Part shown: positions 8,704-17,107 of the stretch, in pieces | How positions within the stretch are numbered: position 1 is the first letter of the stretch | Layout: each line of letters begins with the position of its first letter | Virus record (IMG/VR): IMGVR_UViG_3300017991_000049 | Coordinates: 192,001-226,453 of that record | Direction: 5' to 3' (one strand) | DNA from: a virus | Length of the DNA stretch: 34,453 nt | The notes under the pieces: generated by a model | Told to the model about the DNA's origin: nothing | The model's input: the letters and a program-made list of their open reading frames with translations, nothing else | Database searches by the model: none | Position numbers and translations under genes: made by a program

Positions 8704-10835
8704 GCAGCTGGCAGTTCGATTGTGTTGTCAAAATGGTGCGATATCCGCGGTTCGTGTGTAACGAACAGCACCTGCAGCCCGCGCTCATGCGACAGGTCAC
8801 GCAGGCGCTCCAGCGCACGCGGCAAGCTGTCGAGGTTGTGCTCGTCCAGGCCTGCTGTGGGCTCGTCCATAATCAGTACACCAACCTGACCCGCGAAGGT
8901 CGAATTGACGGTGATCCGAAATGCCATCGCAAGTACGATGCGCTCGCCGATCGATAGTCGTCGGTCGGGCTGCACCCGCACGCCGTCAAGGAACCTGGCT
9001 GTGAAACCTAGGCTCTCGTCCATCTCCACGCGGAAAGGCGCTTCGAACATGGAGAGCGCTTCGTTCACCTGTTCTAGCATCATTTCCACGTAGGTGTAGG
9101 ACACCATCCGCGGCGCTTCGTTGCGATGAAACACGCTACGCACGTCGGTCAGGTGCTGCACTACCTCACGGGTCTTCTGTCCTTGAGCCAACGTCTTGCG
9201 AACGTTCTCAATCTGCTCTTGGACAGCAACGCGCTTTGCGTGTGCAAGCGCACGCTCGCGTGTAAACTGCTCCAGTTGCCGTTGCTTGGCCAGTATATCG
9301 GCGTTGGCTGCTTGCGCCTCGTCATGCTGCGCCTTGGTGTGCCACGGCTGTAACGCGTTGTGGGCGTCCTGGGCCTGCTGCAGCGCCTCAGCGAGCTGCT
9401 TACACTCGCCTTCCAGTGAGGACAGCTGCAGGGCCTTACTGGTCTTCTCAGCTTGAACCTGCTGCAAAGCTTCCTGGAAATGCGAACGCTCGTTCAGCGT
9501 CTTTTGAACTTCCTCTTCGGAGGTCTCGGGCGGGCTACACGCTTCGATCGCCAGACGTCGTCCTTCCAGCTGACGCTGGTCAGACGCCTTGTGCTTCATC
9601 TGCACGATGTATGCAGAGTCAGCCCTGTCATACACGTCCCACGTGTCCCTCCGCAGCCGTAGCGGCGGCATCTGCGCCTGTATCGCCGCCAGCTCGTCCT
9701 CCAACTCGGCCTTGCGCTGGGCGCGCTCGTTCGCGCCGGGCATCTTCTGGCCGCATGTAGGACAGGTATCCGCCTGGCCCATGTCCAGCAGATTGATACG
9801 AATATTACCACACGTATCTTCGAGGTACTTCAGCTGCTGCGCCTCCTCGTCGCTCAGGCGTGGCTCTGGTGGCTGCACCGGCGCGACTGTGTTCTCCCAC
9901 GTAGCTTTGAACGTAGCTTCGTCACGCTCAAGTGCAGCCCGCGTGGCTGCAGCAGCATGGTGGGCTTTCCACTGATCGCGTGCCTCCTCGGCGTCTGCAC
10001 AGTCCGGCGCAATCGCGGCTAGCCCAGCTTCAAGGTCGGCTATTGCGGCGTCCAAGTCACGTAGCGGTTCAGCCGCCGCTTTGGCTGCAGCCTCTTTGGC
10101 AGTGTACCGCCCCTGCAGCTCTTCGACGCGCGCCATCGCCTGGCGTTCGTCGTTGTACTGCTGGATCAACGTCTGGTTGGCATGCAGCTCAGTCTCCGGA
10201 TGCTCTGGCAGCTCCAGCGCAGCAATGTTGGCGTCCGCACCGGCGATAGCCTCGTCGTGCGTAGCCGCTTGATCATTCAGCTCGTCCTCCGTCAGCAGCG
10301 ACGTCGGAATCTCGATGGCGCTGACGAACTTACCCAGCTGCTCGTACACGCGCTCGGCGTGCGCCACGCCGAACAGTGCCGCCAAGGAAGCGGCCCGCTC
10401 TGCCGGCGGTTGGTCAAACATCTCGTCGATCTTGCGCTGGCGCACAAAGATGTAGTCGGCGATCTGCTTCTTGGTGGCGCCCAGTCTGCCCCACAGTTCG
10501 GAATTGATCTCGCCTACCGACGTCCACCGCGCATCGTCGATGGTCAGCAGATTGGTAGTACCCTGCAAAGCACGACGGACATGCATCCGCGCGCCGTAGT
10601 GTATCAACCAAGCTTCGACGAAGGCTTCTGCGTTACCTGGCGTACCCTGACGGATATCGTCGGCCTTCTTGCGCTCACCGCCGGCGTCGCCGATCAGTGC
10701 AAGCTGTATGGCGCGCAAGATGTTGGTCTTACCAGCGCCGTTCGGGCCAACGAGCATGTTGAGCCCAGGAGTCAGCTCGAGAGTTAGATCCTCGTGCTGG
10801 CAGAAATTCGCTAGGTGGAGTCGTTCTATGATCAT
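8700..10835 (-). CDS. sbcC: SbcC/Rad50-like SMC-family ATPase
   Basis: N-terminal Walker A MLVGPNGAGKTNIL. Long coiled-coil with zinc-hook CPTCGQ. C-terminal signature LSIGERIVLAMAF, Walker B VLIMDEPTAGLDE, H-loop LFVTHE. Confidence 0.85.
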   Translation of the reverse strand: MIIERLHLANFCQHEDLTLELTPGLNMLVGPNGAGKTNILRAIQLALIGDAGGERKKADDIRQGTPGNAEAFVEAWLIHYGARMHVRRALQGTTNLLTIDDARWTSVGEINSELWGRLGATKKQIADYIFVRQRKIDEMFDQPPAERAASLAALFGVAHAERVYEQLGKFVSAIEIPTSLLTEDELNDQAATHDEAIAGADANIAALELPEHPETELHANQTLIQQYNDERQAMARVEELQGRYTAKEAAAKAAAEPLRDLDAAIADLEAGLAAIAPDCADAEEARDQWKAHHAAAATRAALERDEATFKATWENTVAPVQPPEPRLSDEEAQQLKYLEDTCGNIRINLLDMGQADTCPTCGQKMPGANERAQRKAELEDELAAIQAQMPPLRLRRDTWDVYDRADSAYIVQMKHKASDQRQLEGRRLAIEACSPPETSEEEVQKTLNERSHFQEALQQVQAEKTSKALQLSSLEGECKQLAEALQQAQDAHNALQPWHTKAQHDEAQAANADILAKQRQLEQFTRERALAHAKRVAVQEQIENVRKTLAQGQKTREVVQHLTDVRSVFHRNEAPRMVSYTYVEMMLEQVNEALSMFEAPFRVEMDESLGFTARFLDGVRVQPDRRLSIGERIVLAMAFRITVNSTFAGQVGVLIMDEPTAGLDEHNLDSLPRALERLRDLSHERGLQVLFVTHEPRISHHFDNTIELPAA

Positions 10836-11591
10836 TTACTTTCCATTGCGCTGGCGTGCGCGGGTTGTGTCTACTTTCCTGCTGGCACGCGTTTCGTCAT
10901 GGTCAAGTTCGAATATGTCGAGGGCGCCGCGGATCTCGGACCAGATCTTCTGCAGCTGCCCGTGGGAGCCACAGCCGGCGATTTGGTCCTCGAACAGCGC
11001 TACATCGTCTTCCAGCTTCTTGAGCTTCTTGCCGACGGGGTCTTCGCGGATGAGCGCCGTCAGTTGGCGCTTGCAGTGATCCCGCATTATGTTTGTCGCA
11101 GTGCCGGGATAGCGGTCGAAGGTGCCCTCGTCCTCGTCCTCGTCCTCGTTGCTGTGGTAGCGCCGATAGTTGTTGCGGCGATTGACATGGCTTTGCTGCA
11201 TGTCGGCCGATGGCAGGTCGGCGCGCTTACGCCCCTGCATCTTCTCGACTACGCCACCTTCCAATTCGCGGATCGCTGTATCGAGCTTGTCGCGCTCTTC
11301 ACGCAGGTCTTCCAGATCGACCATCATGTTTTCGACGCCAAAGTGCTCCTCGATGAGCCTCTGGGCCTCTACTACCAAGTCGCGTTTCCAAGTCGGCTTT
11401 TCGGCCTGAATCTGGTCGCGCAATTCCTGGGCACGGCTATCCAGCCGGTCCCGAAAGTGTTGCTTCTCGCTTACTGTCAGTCCCATAAAGTCGGTCTTTG
11501 TATATTCGAAGTAATTCTGTTTGGATGTCACGTGTTCCTGCCAAGCTGACGGCGTCTTCGCAGACGGCTGTAGGCTCAGCGTAGAACTCAC
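10836..11591 (-). CDS. hypothetical acidic coiled-coil protein inserted between sbcD and sbcC
   Basis: 251-aa ORF with GTG start. Contains a DEDEDEDE run and is predicted helical. Overlaps the sbcD 3' end by 155 nt unless it starts at the internal ATG at 11486 (50-nt overlap) or at 11327. Confidence 0.45.
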   Translation of the reverse strand: MSSTLSLQPSAKTPSAWQEHVTSKQNYFEYTKTDFMGLTVSEKQHFRDRLDSRAQELRDQIQAEKPTWKRDLVVEAQRLIEEHFGVENMMVDLEDLREERDKLDTAIRELEGGVVEKMQGRKRADLPSADMQQSHVNRRNNYRRYHSNEDEDEDEGTFDRYPGTATNIMRDHCKRQLTALIREDPVGKKLKKLEDDVALFEDQIAGCGSHGQLQKIWSEIRGALDIFELDHDETRASRKVDTTRARQRNGK

Positions 11592-12576
11592 GGATGCAGC
11601 CGGCTAGGCCGTCGTTCAGCACTACCTGAACGCGCCGCGCCGTATCGACTGCAACCTGCGCACTCTCCACAGGTACCGCCTTGAGGAACAGGTGCGCATC
11701 GCCTGTGACACGCGCCTCTATCCGCTCTCTGGCCTCCGGAACATCTTCCCTGTACCAGACACGGATTATGTTCGCAGACACGGACGCCGGAACGCCCACC
11801 TTCGGTATCCTCGCAGGATGCTGCCGCCAGCTGTCAATGAAAGCGTCCAGGTCTTCCTGGTCATTGATTCTGGCTTCGTAGTAGCCGCGTGTATGCAGCT
11901 GCACAGCCTCGGCCGTCAGATCGTCGTTCAGTATGAAAACGTTCTTTGTATGCGGCTCGCCGATATTCTGCATGCAGATCGATCCAGGCGAGATGATGCG
12001 CTGTTGTCCGCGCGTCTCGTCGATCGTCACATGGAAATCGCCGGTGAGGATGCAACGTGGAGACTTGGCCCAATGGAACCATGCGTCTCCGCGATCTTCG
12101 CCCATGAAGTCCATCCACACCTGGTGTGTGGCTAGGATATCGACGCCTTCCGGAACTGCCTCCAGCGCGGCGCGTACTTCATTGGGTGACTTGTAGTCCA
12201 GTCCGTAGATCCGGAGTCCAGTGCCTGGTATTTCCACCAGCTGCTCGTTGATATGCAGCGGATGTAGATGTAAGGCATGCAACAACGGCGGTGTTGACCG
12301 CTCGTGCTGGCCCTGCACGTACAGTACCTTGCGACCCTGCTGCTGGAACGTATCCAACGCCGAGCGCATCGTCTGCAGCGCATCCGATTGCTGTAGCTTC
12401 TGCTCGAATAGGTCGCCGAGCAGGATCACGTACGGAACATCATACGTATCCGCTATCTCGCAGATCTGTTTGATGCTCCACGCCGTATCCCCGCATAGGG
12501 TGTCCCGGCGGCTCCAAACACGGTCGTGTTTGCGCACATGCCAGTCTCCAGTTGCGAGCGCAATCGGCTTAGCCAT
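11437..12576 (-). CDS. sbcD: SbcD/Mre11-like nuclease (calcineurin-like metallophosphoesterase)
   Basis: N-terminus MAKPIALATGDWHV, ILLGDLFEQ, and further phosphoesterase motifs. AGGAGA SD before the ATG at 12576. Confidence 0.85.
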   Translation of the reverse strand: MAKPIALATGDWHVRKHDRVWSRRDTLCGDTAWSIKQICEIADTYDVPYVILLGDLFEQKLQQSDALQTMRSALDTFQQQGRKVLYVQGQHERSTPPLLHALHLHPLHINEQLVEIPGTGLRIYGLDYKSPNEVRAALEAVPEGVDILATHQVWMDFMGEDRGDAWFHWAKSPRCILTGDFHVTIDETRGQQRIISPGSICMQNIGEPHTKNVFILNDDLTAEAVQLHTRGYYEARINDQEDLDAFIDSWRQHPARIPKVGVPASVSANIIRVWYREDVPEARERIEARVTGDAHLFLKAVPVESAQVAVDTARRVQVVLNDGLAGCIREFYAEPTAVCEDAVSLAGTRDIQTELLRIYKDRLYGTDSKREATLSGPAG

Positions 12577-12958
12577 AATTTTGATCTCCTGAACAAAGTT
12601 CGGGGTCGAGTGTCATCATGAAATGGTAGAAGGCCTCCGGGGGCAGCACCGGGTCATCGAAGTCGATGACATCCGGATCGCGCACCCGAAACAGATTTCC
12701 GTGCTGGTCCATGACCATTACGCTAGCAGTGCCTTCAACCAGGAGCGTCTTCATGCTGAGCAGGAAGGCGTCACCTACGGGCACCAACGCACGTGCCTTA
12801 GCCATGATAACATCGACAGGTAGCGATTCCCAGAAGCCCGAACCGTACAGTACGCGTTCGTATTGTGGCGTCTGGAGCATGTCCATCAGGAGCAGCATCG
12901 CCCGGCAATCCACTGCCAAGGCGTCCTCGTACATTTGCTTGAAATGCTCTTGTCCCAT
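12569..12958 (-). CDS. hypothetical protein
   Basis: 129-aa ORF, ATG start, overlaps the sbcD start by 8 nt. Confidence 0.45.
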   Translation of the reverse strand: MGQEHFKQMYEDALAVDCRAMLLLMDMLQTPQYERVLYGSGFWESLPVDVIMAKARALVPVGDAFLLSMKTLLVEGTASVMVMDQHGNLFRVRDPDVIDFDDPVLPPEAFYHFMMTLDPELCSGDQNYG

Positions 12959-12960
12959 GG

Positions 12961-12989
12961 TTGCCTCGTTTGGGCGAAAAGGGTATACT
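12961..12989 (+). promoter_or_regulatory. sigma70-like promoter for csrA (TTGCCT-N17-TATACT)
   Basis: -35 TTGCCT at 12961-12966, 17-nt spacer, -10 TATACT at 12984-12989. Followed by AAGGAGG and the csrA ATG at 13019. Confidence 0.55.
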
Positions 12990-12997
12990 TAAAGTAT
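12985..12997. promoter_or_regulatory. inverted repeat ATACTT-a-AAGTAT overlapping the csrA -10/TSS (possible operator)
   Basis: 6-bp perfect arms separated by 1 nt, overlapping the -10 hexamer. Confidence 0.35.
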
Positions 12998-13018
12998 CAC
13001 CATCAAGGAAGGAGACTG

Positions 13019-13198
13019 ATGATGCTGGTTCTTTCTCGCAAGACCGGTCAAAGAATACTGATCGGTGACGACATCACTGTTACGCTAGTACGCGTCGACG
13101 GTGACACGGTGCGTATCGGTATCGAGGCGCCTGAGACTGTGCGGATTCTCCGCGAAGAGCTCAAAAAGAAGCAACCTCGACAACCTGTAGCGCATTAG
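13019..13198 (+). CDS. csrA: CsrA/RsmA-family carbon storage regulator (RNA-binding translational regulator)
   Basis: 60-aa product MMLVLSRKTGQRILIGDDITVTLVRVDGDTVRIGIEAPETVRILREEL. It aligns with canonical CsrA ([48 protein letters not shown]) across almost its full length. Strong SD AAGGAGG. Lone plus-strand gene among minus-strand genes. Confidence 0.85.
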   Translation: MMLVLSRKTGQRILIGDDITVTLVRVDGDTVRIGIEAPETVRILREELKKKQPRQPVAH

Positions 13199-13487
13199 CG
13201 ATATCCGCAAAGAGTCGCTTCTTAGCGCATACTGCCAGCTTATGGGCCTGGGACACGCTCACGCAACGCACTGATTCGCGCTGCCCTGCTGCCTGTCCAC
13301 GGCCCGAGGCTGGCCAGTAGTCCGCCAGGTGTTTATCGCCGTACTTGAAACGCCAATGCTGGTCGTTGTCGCTCAGCGTGACAGTGATCTGCTCGAAGGC
13401 AAGCTCGCTCTGGAGCATTTCCAGTTCAGCTGTTGCTGACTGGAGCCGCTGTTTGCGGATCTGCTTCTTCTTGCTCATCTGCTGCAC
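13161..13487 (-). CDS. hypothetical small protein (doubtful)
   Basis: 108-aa ORF. Overlaps the hldE 3' end by 62 nt and is convergent with csrA, overlapping it by 38 nt. Lys-rich N-terminus. An internal ATG at 13418 would remove the overlap. Confidence 0.3.
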   Translation of the reverse strand: MQQMSKKKQIRKQRLQSATAELEMLQSELAFEQITVTLSDNDQHWRFKYGDKHLADYWPASGRGQAAGQRESVRCVSVSQAHKLAVCAKKRLFADIANALQVVEVASF

Positions 13488-14919
13488 AGGCTTTCGCGCG
13501 GATGTCGGTCGCGTGCGTATCGAACTCGAGCGTCGTCGTCATGATACGGCCGCCGACCTCCTCCATCGTCAGCGCTTCTGGAATCCGATCGGTCTTGCCG
13601 GCGTGCTCGGGGCCCTTGAACAGGACCGTCGGTACCAGATTGTGGATAAGTGACTTGGGTGTGTCTTCGTCGAACTTGATGATCGCATCGACGCACGGTA
13701 GCGCTGCCAAACTCGCGGCACGCGTGGCGTAGTCGTTGATCGGCTTGCTCTTGATGCGGGCGGCCGACTCGTCCGAATTCAACATGACGAGTAGGAAATC
13801 GCACTCTTTGCGCGCCTGCTCCAGCATGGAGACATGCCCAGGATGCATCAGATCGAAAACACCGTTGGCTACGCCGAAGTCGCCGCCGCTGACCATCATG
13901 GATGCGCGCAGCAGCATAGCAAAAGGCAGCTCTATCTTCTTGAGCTGATTGCCAGATACAATGGTCAGCCGCCTGTGTATCTGGTGCAGTGACACCGCGG
14001 ATGCGCCAGGGCGCTCTACCTGTATCGCTGCGGCCGTTGCTGCAAAGTGCAACATGGGCATCAAAGACATATCGGCAGCGACGCCATAGGTGAACGCTGC
14101 AGCAACAGTGTCGCCAGCACCGCACGAGTCGACCGCTAGTGCTGGCACAGCTGGCATCTCGGACGGCGTCTCGTTCGGGCGCACTATGAGCATACCGGCA
14201 GCGCCACGCGTCACGATGCAATGCACAGCGTGCAGTTCCTTGCAGACCGCCATAGCCGCCGAGCGTACGTCAGCAATCCGCGGGTCGGCGACTGCCGCAA
14301 GCACCTCATGCTCATTGGGCGTAATGATATGCGCACCACGATAGTGAAGCATATGCTTCGGCGTCGGGTCTACGACCACCGGTACTTTGTGTGCGCGCGC
14401 ATACTCGAAGATGACCTGGAGCGTACGCTCCGTGCAAATACCTTTGTCGTAGTCGGACACAAGGATCGCAAGTGGTTTCGCGTCGTCGACACACTTCATG
14501 AACATGTCGACCACCTTGTCCTCGACATTGGCCTTCGGGCGTGCGTCTATGTCGAAGCGAGCTACCAGACTGTCAGCTGCGTACACGCGGTGTTTGCAGG
14601 GCGTTTGGTAGTTCTTATCCGTGGCTACATACCGCGTCAGCAGCTCCGGTAGTTCCATGTTCAAGAAGTTCCGGCCGGCGGTGTCATCGCCTACGACGCT
14701 TACGAACGCCGTGGGCATCGCCATATGTACGAGATTGGCCATCGCGTTGGCGGCACCGCCCAAGCCAAGGAAGGGCGTACCAGGTGGCACGTCTATGACG
14801 GGAACTGCAGCGGTTTGGTCAAGCTGCTTCACCGTTCCCATGTAGTAGTGGTCCATAAGCACAGGTCCGACTACGACCACGCGGTCGCCTTCATCCTGTG
14901 CTGGGTGATTCGTCGTCAA
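13426..14919 (-). CDS. hldE: Bifunctional HldE/RfaE-like D-beta-D-heptose-7-phosphate kinase / heptose-1-phosphate adenylyltransferase
   Basis: N-terminal pfkB/ribokinase-like domain: VVVVGPVLMDHYY...GLGGAANAMANL and DSCGAGDTV. C-terminal cytidylyltransferase domain with HxGH motif: ANGVFDLMHPGHVSML...LNSDES...KFDEDTP...LFKG. Collinear with E. coli HldE over both domains. TTG start at 14919 preceded by GGAGAG. Confidence 0.85.
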   Translation of the reverse strand: MTTNHPAQDEGDRVVVVGPVLMDHYYMGTVKQLDQTAAVPVIDVPPGTPFLGLGGAANAMANLVHMAMPTAFVSVVGDDTAGRNFLNMELPELLTRYVATDKNYQTPCKHRVYAADSLVARFDIDARPKANVEDKVVDMFMKCVDDAKPLAILVSDYDKGICTERTLQVIFEYARAHKVPVVVDPTPKHMLHYRGAHIITPNEHEVLAAVADPRIADVRSAAMAVCKELHAVHCIVTRGAAGMLIVRPNETPSEMPAVPALAVDSCGAGDTVAAAFTYGVAADMSLMPMLHFAATAAAIQVERPGASAVSLHQIHRRLTIVSGNQLKKIELPFAMLLRASMMVSGGDFGVANGVFDLMHPGHVSMLEQARKECDFLLVMLNSDESAARIKSKPINDYATRAASLAALPCVDAIIKFDEDTPKSLIHNLVPTVLFKGPEHAGKTDRIPEALTMEEVGGRIMTTTLEFDTHATDIRAKACAADEQEEADPQTAAPVSNS

Positions 14920-15106
14920 TACTGCTCTCCGCTGTGACTGAGTCTGGATCTAGTGATACACGTCGCAGCCCACTGACTGCCACGGGCTTTGATGTGCATG
15001 TAGGGCAAATACGGTTACCAGCATGTTGCGACGCAAACGTCGTGCCACAGCGCAAACAGCGCCGCGGCTTAGCTGCTAATCTGTCATCCGCCCTGGGTTT
15101 TGCCAT
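14891..15106 (-). CDS. small zinc-ribbon protein (C-x2-C...C-x2-C)
   Basis: ATG at 15106 with a GGAG SD. RCLRCGTTFASQHAGNRICPTC. Overlaps the hldE start by 29 nt. Confidence 0.35.
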   Translation of the reverse strand: MAKPRADDRLAAKPRRCLRCGTTFASQHAGNRICPTCTSKPVAVSGLRRVSLDPDSVTAESSIDDESPSTG

Positions 15107-15118
15107 TTGTGGCTCCAA

Positions 15119-15790
15119 TCAGACCGTGCTCGGCACCAACCTGACGACCTTGTACGTGCCATCAGGATACGGAAACACGAAGTCTTCGTCCAGACGTTTG
15201 CACGGCGGCAGTGATGGATTTGGCACAGTGGGGTGCACACCCTCCTGAAGGATAAGAAAAGCGTCGATGTAGGCGCCGCCGTCCGCTGGTGCCGCGTTTA
15301 CGATCGCAATCGCGGCTACTGCTCCGTCGGCAAATGTGTGGTACCAGCCTCCAGCAATATCGCCGGGCGCCGCTACGTTACTCTCGAACCCGAGGCCTCG
15401 TCCAAGGATATCCGTGTACGTGGCCATCTCGGCTTGCGGCACGACCAACCGGGCCGTGTCGTAGCCTATGCGTTCGTAGAGCACACCATCTGCTAACAGA
15501 GGCACAAGCTTCTTGAGGCTTGCGCGAGCCAGATTGCGATCGAAGAACGCCTCCATGCACGCCACCTCGCTACCTTTGGGCATCTCTGCCGTAGCGGGCG
15601 GGGCTGTGGCCGACAACGGTGTCGTCAGCTCTTCGTCAAAACTAGTGATGAACGTCTCGAAGTCTTCCTGACTCGTATGATCGATCACTCGTAACAGCGC
15701 CAGCTGGTCGTCAGCTGACAGCTTATGCTTGTCGGTGAGCGCGAGTATGCGCTCAGCAGGAGTTAGATTTGACACGTTTGAAGTATCCAA
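15119..15790 (-). CDS. hypothetical protein
   Basis: 223-aa ORF. Helical N-terminus, Pro/Ala/Thr linker, ~140-aa C-terminal domain. No recognisable motifs. Confidence 0.5.
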   Translation of the reverse strand: MDTSNVSNLTPAERILALTDKHKLSADDQLALLRVIDHTSQEDFETFITSFDEELTTPLSATAPPATAEMPKGSEVACMEAFFDRNLARASLKKLVPLLADGVLYERIGYDTARLVVPQAEMATYTDILGRGLGFESNVAAPGDIAGGWYHTFADGAVAAIAIVNAAPADGGAYIDAFLILQEGVHPTVPNPSLPPCKRLDEDFVFPYPDGTYKVVRLVPSTV

Positions 15791-16583
15791 ATGGGAGTCT
15801 GAATCGCTTGCACCGGATGCTATTCAGGAACGTGGCCATGACAGCCGGGTCGCTCCGAAGCCATCCGGGCGGATATTTGAAAATACCTCCGATCAGCTTT
15901 GCGATCGTGAAGTCGCGCGGACGCTTGACGACCCGGAACGAGTCGCCGAGGTCTGCGTTCCAACCTGCTGGCATTACTGCCACGCAGCTGTGCATTCGCA
16001 GCCACCGGCCGCAGCTACCGTCCTTTGCCGTGGCCTTATAGACCAGCGGAGACAACGTGTACCAGTAGAAGCCGCCAAGGGCGTCCTTCATGTACTTGTC
16101 GCGGAACTGCTTCGGAAACCAGCGCTCCGTCATGAACACTTCGTCAAGGCTGGTGGTCAGCCCACCATCCGCGTCGAAGTAAATGTCCCGATGCTCCGTG
16201 CAGGTGTGCCGGTAGGTCACCAGCGTCGCCTTCCTGCGGCGTACCAGGTCACTCACCTTAGTGTAGATACTGCTGACACGCCTGGAGAAGCACCAAGGAC
16301 AGATGATTAGATTACACGTGGTTGTCCACGGGTCGACGTGGACGCAGCACACCGGGCAGTTGTGCGCGAAGACGAGCTTGCTGGTGCTGATCTGCGCCCA
16401 TTCATGCCGCGCAAGCTCTGCGCAGCGCATACGCCAGATCCCTCGCGCCTCCTGCAGCTTCGGTATGAGCCCATAGGGATAGGGCTTAACCTCGCCTACG
16501 ATCGGCGCGACGGTTGAAAGATATTCACACAGCATCCGCGGGGATTCTGATGGAATACTCAGCTTGGCATCAATCGTCCTCAT
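15753..16583 (-). CDS. hypothetical Cys-rich protein (putative zinc-binding)
   Basis: 276-aa ORF with HNCPVCCVHVD...ICPWCF and additional Cys/His. Function not assignable. Confidence 0.5.
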   Translation of the reverse strand: MRTIDAKLSIPSESPRMLCEYLSTVAPIVGEVKPYPYGLIPKLQEARGIWRMRCAELARHEWAQISTSKLVFAHNCPVCCVHVDPWTTTCNLIICPWCFSRRVSSIYTKVSDLVRRRKATLVTYRHTCTEHRDIYFDADGGLTTSLDEVFMTERWFPKQFRDKYMKDALGGFYWYTLSPLVYKATAKDGSCGRWLRMHSCVAVMPAGWNADLGDSFRVVKRPRDFTIAKLIGGIFKYPPGWLRSDPAVMATFLNSIRCKRFRLPFGYFKRVKSNSC

Positions 16584-16914
16584 CCACGTCGTCCGTGACC
16601 TCTGGTGCGCCCGTTAAGAACGGTCGGATTACGATATCGTCGAGTTCGTCTACCGCGTGGCGCACCTCCGCAAGTGAACCGCCTGCGAAAACTACTTCAC
16701 GCGCATCGTGATCCCAGGCCAGATAAACCTCTTCGCCTGGGCAGTTGAGATCTTCGCAAAGCCTATCGATTTGCTCGAGAGACATCACCGTGATCTCTGC
16801 CATTTGCACGACCCCGTCTAGCAGGATCGGCCCCGTCTCCTCCAACGCCCGCTGGAGCATCCTAAGTCCGGTTAGGATGTGTGCTAGGCCTTGGTCATCC
16901 ACCTCCAGTAACAT
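16570..16914 (-). CDS. hypothetical highly acidic protein
   Basis: ATG at 16914 preceded by GGAGGA. Ends ...VTDDVDEDD. The ORF track extends to 16947. Confidence 0.45.
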   Translation of the reverse strand: MLLEVDDQGLAHILTGLRMLQRALEETGPILLDGVVQMAEITVMSLEQIDRLCEDLNCPGEEVYLAWDHDAREVVFAGGSLAEVRHAVDELDDIVIRPFLTGAPEVTDDVDEDD

Positions 16915-17107
16915 TGGTATCCTCCAATGGACGCGCCCTGTCAACACCCTTCAGGGACAGCCTGAAGAAGCGTAAGAGTTCGCTGTCCTCCAAATGTCCC
17001 TTCCAGTACGCGTCCTTTATCCAGTTGCGTAGCTGTTCAGCGGGAATGTCGTCCAGCCAGTTAACAAATTGTTCCATCGACGCCGCGCGTGCGGGATCTA
17101 TTGGCAT
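16895..17107 (-). CDS. hypothetical small protein
   Basis: 70-aa ORF. ATG at 17107 follows TAAGGAG and lies immediately downstream of an intrinsic terminator. Confidence 0.45.
   Translation of the reverse strand: MPIDPARAASMEQFVNWLDDIPAEQLRNWIKDAYWKGHLEDSELLRFFRLSLKGVDRARPLEDTNVTGGG

Noticed and set aside
8905-10787. Numerous plus-strand ORFs inside sbcC (e.g. 10182-10787, 9589-9975)
   Set aside because: Typical antisense open frames in a GC-rich coding region. SbcC motifs occupy the minus strand throughout.
11127-11150. Tandem CTCGTC x4 nucleotide repeat
   Set aside because: It is the codon image of an Asp/Glu run (DEDEDEDE) in the minus-strand ORF. It is not a repeat element or a CRISPR-like array.
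13189-13232. Imperfect hairpin after the csrA stop, as a terminator
   Set aside because: The stem is only 5 bp with a 13-nt loop and there is no U tract. It is insufficient to call an intrinsic terminator, and csrA termination remains undefined.
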